NCBI RefSeq assembly: GCF_006345805.1
Contig: NC_042998.1
Coordinates: 134,106,001-134,170,000, forward strand
Source of the DNA: Octopus sinensis
Taxonomy: Eukaryota
Direction: 5' to 3'
DNA: 64,000 nucleotides
A program made the translations under genes and the position numbers. Positions 1 to 12,328 of this stretch are shown one piece after another. The notes below the pieces were generated by a model. The model did not search any database. It was given only the letters and a program-made list of their open reading frames with translations, and was not told where the DNA came from. The stretch's first letter is position 1; each line of letters opens with the position of its first letter.

Positions 1-1382
1 TCAGGGTCTTATGGCTAGAGAATTGTGGTGTATTGGTAGTAAATATATAAAGTGCCAGACTAAAAGGATTTCAGTATTTAGTTACATTTTATGTCATCCG
101 TAAGCACACCTAAATATTTGTGGCTTTGTACCTATGTTAGAAAGGTGATTTGTTGGCAGAATCAGTAGAGTGACAGATGAGGTCTTTTGGAATTCGATGC
201 ACTATAGCATTTTGCCTTTCGTTTTTCAAGGTCGATAAAGAATCAGTGAAGCATCGGGAGTCGACATAATTAACTATATCTCTTCCCTCAAAATATGTGT
301 GCTCTTATAGCAAACTTAGAAAATATCATTATTACTATTGTGGATGACATTCGATACCAGAATTAGTTTTGTGACGAACAAAATACTTTACAGGATTTAG
401 TTTTGCCTTTTTACATTTTGAATTCAAATCTCACGTCTTCAACTTTGCTCTTCATTTTATGAGAAAATCCGGATATAAAAAAAAAGGAAGCCGACCTTAA
501 AATTGATGTTGATGAGTTTGAAAGGGACTTTCAATCTAGTTCTCTGTTTGTGGAAGTTTCGTTCCGTATTATACTTTTTCTTTTCCTTTTTCTCATTAAA
601 AAAGTCATGAATAATAATGAATGTATCAATTGAAATAGTTCGTATTGTTTTTATTATAATGCCACCTATTAATAAATATATTATTTTACTTTTCACCTCA
701 CTTTTTCATTTTGTTTTTGTTTTTTTGTTTTTTCTCTCTCATAAAACTCATGAATATTGATATCTCGCGAGACCAAATTGTCTGTTTTCGTTGAGCTTAA
801 CGACTACATAAACAATAGGTAAGTTAGTGTTAACATTTTTACAGCAGAGGGCATTGAAAAAGCTAATTAGAAATAAATATGGTTAGGGAGAAAAACGTGA
901 CATTAGTCACTAGCTAAATACTTTTTCTTTCCTAGTATGTACGGGAGATAATTTCAAACATTTTTAGGTCTTAATCTGATCCCATCAGAAAAGCATAGCT
1001 ATCGTTGTACTTGTTCAAATTGTGGTGAATGAACCACAAACAAAGGGTGAAGTTAATGTTGACATAATAAATGCACGGAGAATTAAAAGACTAACTAAAA
1101 TAAATGTTGAAGAATAAGTCGGTGCCAGTCAATGACTAGAAATAATTTCATTTGCCGAAATAGTGATAAAAGAATCACTAAGTAAATATACAAGACTGTA
1201 GATTTATATATGTTGGAAAATAAAATTGTTTTGAAATTAAATAAACTCTGAAATAAAAAACCTTGTTGCCGATGTTATCGTAAGTATTGCACATGTTCAT
1301 CGGCAAGTTAATGTCGTTGAAATATTGATATTTTAAAACATTTTATTAACATTTACTATTATTATTATTATTCACCAAGAGA

Positions 1383-1590
1383 AGGCAGCGAGCTGGAAGG
1401 AGCTAGCACGCCAGACAAATCCTTAGCGGTATTTCTTCTGGTTCTGTTTAATATTCTGAGTTCAAAATCTGCCGAGGTCGACTTTGCTTTTCATTCTCTC
1501 AGGGTCGATCAAATAAATACCAGTTGAGCACTGAGGTCTATGTAATCGACTTACTCCTTTCCCGTGAAAATTGCTGACCTTATGCTAAAA
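1383..1590 (+). mobile_element. tRNA-derived SINE (octopus-type, core 'gagttcaaa..gccgaggtcgactttgc.tttcat...gggtcgat..aataaataccag')
   Basis: Head 'aggcagcgagctgg..tagcacgcc' plus a body shared with more than 10 other copies in the window. Confidence 0.75.
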
Positions 1591-1701
1591 TATCTCGCTT
1601 AGATGAAGTATGAATGTGTGTATGTGTTGCTTAGCTTCAGGTCAGCTTTAAATTCAATACCATCTGCATCAATAATCACAGTGTTATATGTTGGTGGGGT
1701 G

Positions 1702-1703
<2 letters not shown>

Positions 1704-1797
<94 letters not shown>
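1704..1797. repeat. (TG)n microsatellite
   Basis: Direct reading of the sequence. Confidence 0.95.
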
Positions 1798-1798
<1 letters not shown>

Positions 1799-2098
1799 AA
1801 TTAAAATATAAAGCTGTAAAGTGAGCCAATGGCATAAATATAAATATGTTAAGAGAAGTGATGTATGAAACGATGTCCGGAAGACATTCTCAGTTAATTG
1901 AAAATCCCTTTTTAGTTAGTGAATTGGAAACAAAAGATAAAAATCCAGCGCTAATCGTTGGCGACTTTCAAAGGGAAAGGAAAGTAATTTCAAGAAATTT
2001 AAAGCTTAAAGCTGAGTTAAAATTATCAAAATTAATATACACTCTTAGAGGGAGTATCTGCTCTCTTTTGGTAGCCACATTTAGTATTTGGCGATGTA

Positions 2099-3023
2099 CG
2101 AGGTGGTATCAAAGAGTTCTAGGATTAGTTATGTTTAATAAAAGATAACTTATTTACCTAAGTTTTTATATTATCTCCTTAGAAATAGTCACCTTACGCT
2201 GCAACACACCGATCTCCTGCTACTTTTGGAATCTGGCCTGAAAATCGTTTTCGGTAAGCAAGTCGGGAACCTGCTGAAATTCGCTCTTAATCTCGACAGC
2301 GGTGTTAAAACGGCGGACCTTTGAGCTGTATTTTCATCTTGAGAAAAAGATGGAAGTCCGTATATGCTAAATATGGCGAATAGGGCGAGGAGAGCGTAGT
2401 AACTGTTTGCATTGTCATTGTGAAGAATTCAGACGTTAGGATTGCCTGCACGGACCCATGCGATAGACCAACAACATCAGCAATATCGTTGATTGTCCTC
2501 CAACAATGCTCATGCACAAGTTGATGAAATTTCTCCACATTTCCGTGGGTGACACTCGTAGAAGGTCTTCCATCGGTCATCTTCTTCCAGAGACGTTCTT
2601 CCATTTTTGAAGCACCCGTACCACTCGAAACATTGCGCATGACCCATTGCCTCGTCGCCGTAAGATTGCCGAAGCACGCTCAATGTCTCCTGTATCAGAC
2701 TTCCCAAGTTTAACGCAAAATTCCACGTTCGCGCCGTTCTCCAGCTTCCTGTCCGTAACAAAAATCTCATACGCGTGATCACAGCATACACGTGACCACA
2801 GCATACACGTGACCACAGCATACACGCGACCACAGCATACACGTGACCACAGCATACACGTCATCACAAAAACACAAACTTCCAAACTTGCGAAGTAGAC
2901 ACAGAGATGTCACTCGGCACACTGCCTCATGAAGGCCACTGCTAGCTCTCATTGCGCACGCAACCATGTGCTGCCATCTGTTGGTGAGCTACAGAACTAG
3001 TCCGGGGACTTTTTGATACCACG
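2099..3023 (-). mobile_element. Internally deleted mariner-type (Tc1/mariner) transposon
   Basis: Imperfect TIRs: cgaggtggtatcaaagagttctaggattag (2099) and ctagtccggggactttttgataccacg (to 3023), both flanked by TA. Minus-strand peptides ANVEFCVKLGKS, ETLSVLRQSYGDEAM..QCFEWY..FKNGRTSLE, GRPSTS, TINDIADVVGLSHGSVQAIL, PYSPYLA..DFHLFLKMK are mariner HTH and YSPDL motifs. The catalytic middle is missing. Confidence 0.85.
2774..2868. repeat. 17-bp minisatellite (cgtgaccacagcataca) x~5.5 inside the mariner 5' region
   Basis: Direct reading of the sequence. Confidence 0.9.
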
Positions 3024-3152
3024 TAGTATTTAAGACGAATAAAAGGCGACTGGATTCGAATGGCCAGTAGGCTTTGTAATATCAATTATTTGTGTCTGCG
3101 CCTGTATGTCCTTCTGCTTACACACGGCCGTGCATGCATGTAACTGTATACA

Positions 3153-3153
<1 letters not shown>

Positions 3154-3195
<42 letters not shown>

Positions 3196-3314
3196 TGTGT
3201 GTGTATTTGTGTTTGTATGTGTATTTTGTCTGTCTTTGTCGTCTGAGTAAACAAAATGTGTTTACAATCTCGAGTGTGATTATGTGTGTGTGTGCGTTTG
3301 TGTGTGTATGTGTC

Positions 3315-3354
<40 letters not shown>

Positions 3355-3490
3355 TTTAAGCGTGAGTGTGTGAATGTGTTTGTGCGTGTATATGTGTGTA
3401 TGCGTATGCGCGCACGTGTGCATGCATGTGTGTGTGAGCGTACGGGTGCGCGTGCGTCCCATGCGTGCATGTGTGCGTGCGGACGTATGC
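3154..3490. repeat. Compound (TG)n/(TA)n microsatellite block
   Basis: Direct reading of the sequence. Confidence 0.9.
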
Positions 3491-3617
3491 GAAATGACGT
3501 TACTTAGTTATAATACGTCATTGCTTGCTTTCAGAGGTCGATTTGTCCGGCCTTTGTTGGAAGAGACATGAATATTTACACACTTGCTCTGAATGATTAG
3601 TTCCTTAATGTTGAAAC

Positions 3618-3629
<12 letters not shown>

Positions 3630-3656
<27 letters not shown>

Positions 3657-3840
3657 CATTAGTGATGATGATCGTCGTTGTCATTGTCGCCGTAAGAAAA
3701 AGAATATACAATATATATATATATATTATATATATATATATAATATATATATATATATATTCTATATTCTTTTTCTTACGGCGACAATGACAACGACGAT
3801 CATCATCACTAATGCTACTACTACTACTACTACTACTACT
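3630..3840. repeat. Near-perfect ~210-bp palindrome centred in (AT)n
   Basis: gcattagtgatgatgatcgtcgttgtcattgtcgccgtaagaaaaagaatata (3656-3708) is the reverse complement of 3763-3815. The (TAG)n/(CTA)n arms and the TT/AA interruptions in the central (AT)n also mirror. Confidence 0.9.
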
Positions 3841-3883
3841 GTGTATATATATATACACACATACATATATATATATAAGATAT

Positions 3884-3939
<56 letters not shown>

Positions 3940-4154
3940 CACATACATATATATATATATAAGATATATATACATATATGTATATATATATATATGCCTG
4001 TGCCTATGCACACATAATATATACACATATATATACGTATAAATGTACATATTATCGTACATACATATGTGTGCGTGTGTTTGCGTATCATATATATATA
4101 CATATATATATATACATGTGTGTATCTGTATGTATTATATATGCGTGTGTGTGT

Positions 4155-4191
<37 letters not shown>

Positions 4192-4285
4192 ACAACCGTC
4201 CACCAACAACAAAAGCTATAACAACCAGGACGAACAATAATATAAGCAAAACCAAAAGTAACACAAGGAGCAGCAACAAAAGGCC

Positions 4286-4293
4286 AAAACAAA

Positions 4294-4364
<71 letters not shown>

Positions 4365-4380
4365 GAAGAAAGGAAGGAAG
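4286..4380. repeat. (GAAA)n microsatellite
   Basis: Direct reading of the sequence. Confidence 0.95.
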
Positions 4381-5090
4381 CTTGGGGGATAAAGCGTGTC
4401 TTGGATAAAGAATAAATGAATCAAATCAGCACTTCGAAATTCTAAAGACCATAATCAGATATGTGATATCATTTTTGACCTATTTACTGTCTTTTCAACC
4501 TGATACACTGGTTTCTTATATTTTAATTATATAATAGGATTATTAGCCTTTGCTTTGGGATGTCTTGTGCCGTGTGCGTCTATCCTGTATTTAATTGCCC
4601 CACATTTTTTTTTCAATGTTATGGTTATCGCTAGAAAAACAAAGCGTGCTTATTTATGTTTGTCTATATGAGTTTGTGTTTGTATATAATATGAGTGTAT
4701 GTAATTGTATGTATGTATATGTATCTATATATGCATCGTCCATGTGTGTATGTGCACCTACATACACATGCATGTATATTGATATAACGTATATATGTAC
4801 CAATAGATACATATATGTGTATATATAAATATATATGCACACACGCACTAGTACATACACACATACATATATAATATATATATATATATATATATACATA
4901 TACATATGTGTGTGTGTGTATATATGTGTGTGTGTATGTGTGTGTTCCTGTGTGTGCCTGTGTGTGACTGTGTGCTGGTGCAAACAGGGAAAATAGAACT
5001 CGAAATATGAGTATATGCATATTTTTATTAATATTTAGCAGAAGTAACAGAATGACTCGAGGGCCGAGAGTTTCTTGCGTTGTCACATAT

Positions 5091-5159
<69 letters not shown>

Positions 5160-5160
<1 letters not shown>

Positions 5161-5750
5161 TAGCAGCTAAGCCCAGTTTCAACTGGTCGGTTTGGATGAT
5201 GTGGCTGTAAAACCTGCTCTGTGTAAGCATTCGACTTATTTGGGCACGCTTACGTTAAAAAACAATTTTAGAATGACTTTTTTTCTGTCAAAACGCTAAA
5301 AATAACTGACCAACAAAAAAAAACAACCAAGATTCAACCAAGTCAAAAAGTAAACCCAAATACTAAGCGAGCAAAGATGAACCACTTCCATTACGCGCTC
5401 ACACGCACACACACGCATTCACATACCCCTTTTTACATACACACACATATATTCACACAGCGTTGAAACGCTGTTTGATTAATTTTTTCAGCGTACAACT
5501 TTCATCATCCCACTACCAAATATGATATCACCCCTTCCTTCCTTATTCATCTATCACCCCTTCCTTTCTCATTCATAAACACAAGAATATTATTATAGTA
5601 GATTATCTCGGTCACCATGGGAGCTATGAAAAAATACAAAGCCCAGCATCACCATCGGATCATTCTACACATCTGTGTAATTTTTCGCAATTCCAACCAA
5701 CCGTTTGACCGTGAATCCGAAGACAAGAAAGAATCGCCCATGTTATATAT
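5160..5750 (-). mobile_element. Non-autonomous Helitron-like element embedded in (TA)n
   Basis: Minus-strand 3' end has hairpin CCAGTT-GA-AACTGG followed about 10 nt later by CTAG (5160-5163). The 5' end fades into (TA)n near 5745. Confidence 0.55.
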
Positions 5751-5755
5751 ATATA

Positions 5756-5859
<104 letters not shown>

Positions 5860-6317
5860 TGATATGTGACATACATATATATACATTTTTCGATTACGGC
5901 CAGCCATAGAATGTAGCATGTAACAGAATTTTTTACATGTTAAACATCTAGCGATGCCTGTCTCTGAAGCTTTTTAAAGTCAGGAAAGGCCTTGCATAGG
6001 GCCACAACCACTCTCTTAATAACGTATGTATTTGCTCAAAAAGAACTAGTTTACATTGTTGGATGCAAACGAAATCGCAGGTGTTAGATCAGAGTTTTCC
6101 TTCTAAAAAGATGCCCAAACAAAGACATGGGATTTCTCACTCCCAGATGCTGGATGACCGTTGATTCTATTAAGTTCATTCATCCTTTGACAAGTTCTGT
6201 TTTTCGTATCCAAGGAAAACCAAGGGTATCCAACGATAACCAAGCCTTGTTACAAAACAAGCCTAATGAATCGCCGGTTTACTCACCGACGGCCCGACCA
6301 TACAACAGGTTGTACAC

Positions 6318-6357
<40 letters not shown>

Positions 6358-6726
6358 TATATACATATATGTGTGTGTATGTGTGTATACGTATTTCTGT
6401 GTGTGCGCGTATGCATACTAATATATATGCATAGGACATACACAGACGCTCTCTCTCACGCACACAAACATCCCACCACATACATCAAACACAAGCACAC
6501 ATATACACAAGTGAATCCATCTGTTCAGATATATCGATTTAAGAGAATGAGTATATAAAATATGCACCAGTCAAAATCATGTATTAATGTCTACATACAC
6601 ACATACATACATGCATACATACATACATACAACATACATACATACATACATACACACACACATACATACATACATACATACATACATACATACATACATA
6701 CATACATAATTGCATGTACATACATA

Positions 6727-7139
6727 CGGATATTGTCGTTTGGAACGGACGGGCAAAGGTATGTACCGTCATAGAGGTCACCTGCCTTGCAGATATAAAT
6801 ATCTCTTTGAAAATCAAAAGAAAAAGAGGATATCTATGGACAACTGCTTCGAAACCTCCAGCTTCTATATCCAGACTATGAATTCATATTCATACCAATA
6901 AAACTTGGAGCACTAGGTTTTGTTAGTAAACGTTTAAAGGAAAATCTGGATAAACTGGGATTTTCAGAAAGAGAAATCGACCGGCTAATGCGTACATTAC
7001 AAGTGAAATCTGTGAGTGGAACAGTAAAAATATGCAAGATTTTTCTCAAGTTCTAAATGTGATGGAGCCTCATCTCTTTCTTTGGATACCGGCTCGTTCC
7101 TCAGTGGAAGATTTATAATATTTAAAAAAATAGAAGAGA
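6727..7139 (+). mobile_element. 5'-truncated R4/Dong-clade RLE LINE (endonuclease C-terminus and 3' UTR)
   Basis: Translates, with a frameshift, as DIVVWN..KVCTVIEVTCLADINISLKIK..EDIYGQLLRNLQLLYPDYEFIFIPIKLGALG..ENLDKLGFS..LQVKSVSGTVKICKIFLKF*. (ATAC)n lies on both sides. Confidence 0.75.
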
Positions 7140-7222
7140 CATACATACATACATACATACATACATACATACATACATACATACATACCATACATACATA
7201 CATACATATACATATACATATA

Positions 7223-8463
7223 CACAGACATGACAGAAGTAAATAGACACCCCATAAAACATCGTTTTACGTTTATTCTAACTTGTAAAGGTTTATATTT
7301 TTTATTAATTGACATTTTTATGTTTCAGGTTCTATATGTGAATGTTTAATCACGCCATGTACAAAAGAAGCCTTGGAACTGTCTGAATTTCAAAGAGGCC
7401 GTATTGTGTGTCATTCTGGAGGTGGACATAGTCAACGTAAAATAGAAGAAAACCTTGGGATTCCGCTTTCTACAGTAGAGTGATTGTGCAATTCACCAGA
7501 GAGGGGAAAGAGTCCACATCACTTCGCCCAGATCAACCAGGGACCTCTGACAGGACCCTTCTCATTGCTAAATGTGGAAGATAATCCTCGTTGCAAGGCC
7601 TCTGACATAGCAGAACAAGTTGATGTCAGTCCCAGAACAGCTGTCAGGAATCTTCACAAATTTGGTTACTATGGCAGAGCAGCAACAAGGAATCCACTTC
7701 TTCGACCAGCCAACATCAAGCGGAGAAAATATTGGGCCAGTGAGATGGTGCAAAGGCCACTAGAATTTTGGGACACTGTCATATTCTCTGATGAGTCTAG
7801 ATTAGCTGCATTTCTTGACAGTGGTCGAGTGTGGGTCTAGAGACTCTGTGATCAAGAATTTAGTGTGAAAAGATTACAGCCAACAATGAAACACAGCAGC
7901 TATTCGGTGATGGTCTGGGGAGCAATTTGGAGCAATGGTTGATCAGAGCTGGTGGAGTGTGAAGGAAACATAAACTCAGATTTATATGTGCTCATATTGC
8001 AGAAAGGATTTCTTCCAGTCTTCTCCAGTGGTGAAATGATTAAAGAAGACTCTTTATTTATGAAAGATGAGGCTCCTTGTCACACGGTGAAAAGGAATCA
8101 GGATTTGTTGGATGTGAGTGGCATAAAAAAATTTCCATGGCCAAGCTAGTCACTAGATATGAACTCTATTGAACACGTTTAGGGCATAATGAAAAGGACA
8201 CTTCATAAACAGAACAAGAACGCATCTTCAAAGCCAGATCTTTTGAGATTACTACGTGAAACTTGGAAAGAAATTCCGCAAAAGAATATTCGTCATCTGA
8301 TCAGTAACGTGTATAATAGGGTCTTTGCATTGAAAAATGCAAAGGGCATGTCTACTAGATATTAAATATTCACATTGTAACAATAAATAATCTGAATGCA
8401 TAATTTCAGATTTAAATAAATTTTAATGATTACAAAGGTGTCTATTTACTTGTCATGTTTGTG
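7223..8463 (+). mobile_element. Decayed Tc1-like (DD34E) DNA transposon
   Basis: TIRs cacagacatgacagaagtaaatagacacc and ggtgtctatttacttgtcatgtttgtg. Peptides [50 protein letters not shown] are Tc1 motifs. Multiple in-frame stops. Confidence 0.9.
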
Positions 8464-8520
8464 TGTATGTATGTATATATCACCTTGATCACCTTGACCG
8501 ACCAGTCCGTCGGGCGTCCA

Positions 8521-9890
8521 TACAAGGAAAGAGAAACGATGAAAAAGCACAGAAGATTTGTTTTACACGACTAAAGAATATATTAGAATCATCATAGCGA
8601 AAGTATTATACAATATTATACAAAATAAGATTTTTTTTCTTCCAATATAATAACCAGTTTCGATAATGCTTTTCTAAGTTTGAGTGTTGGATACAATTCG
8701 GAGTTAGAGATTTTGTTTGCTAGTGGGTGTAATTTGGCAACCAAAGTATTTTTCAGCACAGGAGAGATAACTATGCAATTTTGAATATTGATTTTATTTC
8801 ATTCTGGCTTATGTCAGTATTATATTCAATAGATGGGGTAAATCTTTACTTTTCAATATGGATTTACATTTAATTCTGGTTTATATTTTTCGATAAATGA
8901 GACCTCTTTATTTAGTTGCACTTGTGTTGAGGTGCAAATAGCAAATTGATATAATGGGAAAATTAGGAATTGTGATTGCAGCTGCTCTGCACATCTGTCA
9001 ATGTGTTGACTGAGATATATCTAGCGATATTGTGGGGAAGATATTTGTTGTCTGTGTACTGTACATCTTCGTCTGACAGTCATTCCTGTAGACCCTATAT
9101 AGTTTTTATGGCAGCCCGAGCTTTTGATTACATAAATGAGGTTTTCGTTGGTGCCAGTGAAGTTGGATTTAATTTTGAGTATTTGCCCTTATCTAATATG
9201 GAATTCTGATCCTTCCAAAAGGTTGGGACATGTTCTGCAGTAAGGACGACCACATTTTTTTTACTCATGCGTCTGTTATTCTTGAGAATAATTTAGCAGT
9301 TATGAGGATTATCTTTAATGCCTTTGGCTATTTACTGCTCTTAATGATTTTATGGGTACTTAGAATTTCTTTCAGTTTGGGGTCCTTATGGAGTATTGGG
9401 AGATTTTGGACAATGATGTTAAATGCTTCTTTGTTTCTGGGGTGTATGTGGAGACATAAGGTAATGTTTTCAGAGTAGGTATGTTATTGTGTTCGACTTT
9501 TCTTAATGTTTCTATGTCAATCGATTTTTCACGTTTAATCCAATTATTTATGAGTTGAATTGGATAATTTCTGTCCATTAGTAAGTACACTTTGAAGCTC
9601 TCGCAATCTTAGTTCTCTCGTATCTTTTTCGGACACTATAGTGCAAATTCTTTTTGCAAGGTTGAAGGGGATATTTGTTTTGATATGTCTCGGGTGGCAT
9701 GAGCTAAATAATAGGTATTGTTTAGTGTCATCCAACACTCAAACTTTGAAAAGCTTTAGCGAAACCGGTTATGTTGGAAGAAAGAATCTTATTTTGTATA
9801 ATATTGTATAATACTTTCGCTATGATGATTCTAATATATACTTTAGTCGTGTAAAGCAAATCTGTGTTTTTTTATCTTTTCTCTTTCTAT
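8521..9890 (-). mobile_element. 5'-truncated Penelope-like element (RT thumb and GIY-YIG) with inverted pLTR copy
   Basis: Minus strand gives DTKQYLLFSSCHPRHIKTNIPFNLAKRICTIVSE (PLE RT C-terminus) and NLIYVIKSSGCHKNYIGSTGMTVRRRCTVH (GIY-YIG). 8550-8690 and 9730-9870 are reverse complements. Confidence 0.85.
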
Positions 9891-9936
9891 TTTCATATTT
9901 TCTCTTTCCACATGAAATTAACAACCATACTTTCTA

Positions 9937-9993
<57 letters not shown>

Positions 9994-10121
9994 CAGCCGA
10001 AATTACTACGATGATCCGGTTCTTGACTGAAGACTGAGGGTTTCGAATGTCCTGTCCGTGTTTATTGTATCGTCTTCTAAGAGTTATACGTTCTTGTCCA
10101 TGTTGTATTTTTCTACATACC

Positions 10122-10173
<52 letters not shown>

Positions 10174-10189
10174 GAGAAGGAGTGCAATT

Positions 10190-10600
10190 ATGTGGATAAA
10201 CAAATTAAATATATTAAATATAACAGCTGGGATATGAAATACAAAATATGTATGTATGCATGCAAAACGAGAGAAAGCAAAGTTATAGATATTTATATTA
10301 ATGGATCTATTAATATAAATATCTATATATTTATACTTAAATATTCATCGTCTGAAAGTTTCTCCATTTTGCTTTCTCTCGTTTTGCATGTTTGAATGAA
10401 TACATATTTTGTATTTCATACCCAAGCTGTTATATTTAATGTATTTAATTTGTTAATCCTCGTAATTGCTTCTATATCTGCTCAACTTGATTCTTCTTTT
10501 AGCCATTCTTTACCCCCAAGGAAATGATCCCCTGTAAAGACATTGGCATCTAAATTTGAATCATTTGAGCGTTACTAAGTGTCTCCTATACTGAGAATGT
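10190..10600. mobile_element. Second PLE 3'-end remnant in tail-to-tail inverted arrangement
   Basis: 10195-10285 (+) and 10365-10460 (-) are inverted copies encoding (W/R)INKLN(I/T)LNITA, which resembles the PLE C-terminal 'INKLNTL' motif. The central spacer is also palindromic. Confidence 0.5.
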
Positions 10601-10623
10601 CTAAATCTCAATTGTAGAATACA

Positions 10624-10834
10624 TATACATATATATATATATATCAGTCGCCATGATAGATCGGTAGCCACTACACACATTTTTTTCTCTCCTTGTTTTT
10701 TTTTCTGTGTCCCTTTCTGTAGAACAGCGTAAGCTCGAAACGTAAAAGCCTTTTTCTATTCCTGAGCGTTATACTAACACATCTGTTTGTTTTCTAGACC
10801 ACCAGTTTTCGTCTTTTGTTTTTTCGTGAACTCT

Positions 10835-10837
<3 letters not shown>
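10624..10837 (+). mobile_element. ~215-bp (TA)n-embedded dispersed repeat, pLTR-like (also at 28023-28241 + and 63160-63290 -)
   Basis: The three copies share 'ttttctctccttgttt...ctttctgt.gaa.agcgta.gctcgaaacgtaaaag...ttcctgagcg..atactaa.aca' and are flanked by (TA)n. Confidence 0.7.
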
Positions 10838-10869
<32 letters not shown>

Positions 10870-12259
10870 GATATATATTACACTCAAGTATTAGTAAACA
10901 AGTATATATGCTAATGACATGCCGCACTTACATATGCCCCACACACCTATGTATGTATACATACATATGCATGCATCCCCCACACATACATACATATAGA
11001 TACATATGACATATGTATATATATCATTATATATATGTATTTATGTATATATATATATTTGTATATACATATATGCATATATATATGTGTATATATATGT
11101 GTATATATATATGTAATATATATATTATATATATATAATATATATATATAGATATATATATATAATATATATATATATAATATATATTGTATAAAGGGCA
11201 TTATACACATAAATGCCTCACACTAGGAGGGACAAAGTCATTACTACCAAAAATTATACTAATCATACCAAATGCAGTTTTTCAAAGCAAGACATTTAAA
11301 AATGAATTATGTTCTGTATCACCGTGATTTCACATAACAACTTGCGTCTAATGATCGTCAGCAGAACTGATTCTGAATACATCATAAATAAACCAACCTT
11401 ATGTAGCGAAGACGAACAGACAACTGTTCACTCCGGCCAAGCACATGGAATGTTTATAAATCATATATCCGGTAAATGGCGGGCTTTTTACGAACTGCAT
11501 GTCGGGTAATGAAAAGTATTTCGGATATAAGTTTAACAATTAAGGATAATCTCTTAATAAGGGATCTTAACAAGAAATTATCGGGTAGCTAGCGTGAAAA
11601 ACATCATAAAAGAAAAGAATCCGAAAATAATTTTTTTCTTTTGAAAAATTAATATATCTATATTGTATAAAGGGCATTATTACACATAAATGCCTCACAC
11701 TAGGAGGGACAAAGTCATTACTACCAAAAATTATACTAATCATACCCAAATGCAGTTTTTCAAAGCAAGACATTTAAAAATGAATTATGTTCTGTATCAC
11801 CGTGATTTCACATACAACTTGCGTCTAATGATCGTCAGCAGAACTGATTCTGAATACATCATAAATAAACCAACCTTATGTAGCGAAGACGAACAGACAA
11901 CTGTTCACTCGGCCAAGCACATGGAATGTTTATAAATCATATATCCGGTAAATGGCGGGCTTTTTACGAACTGCATGTCGGGTAATGAAAAGTATTTCGG
12001 AATAAAGTTAACAATTAAGGAAATCTCTTAATAAGGGATCTTAACAAGAAATTATCGGGTAGCTAGCGTGAAAACCTCATAAAAGAAAAGAATCCGAAAA
12101 TAATTTTTTTCTTTTGAACAACAAATTAATTATATCTATATTGTATAAAGGGCATTATTACACATAAATGCCTCACACTAGGAGGGACAAAGTCATTACT
12201 ACCAAAAATTATACTAATCATACCCAAATGCAGTTTTTCAAAGCAAGACATTTAAAAAT

Positions 12260-12328
12260 GAATTATGTTCTGTATCACCGTGATTTCACATACAACTTGC
12301 GTCTAATGATCGTCAGCAGAACTGATTC
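12260..12328 (-). ncRNA. Type I hammerhead motif, minus-strand copy in the left half of the array
   Basis: Exact reverse complement of 14305-14373. Confidence 0.75.
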
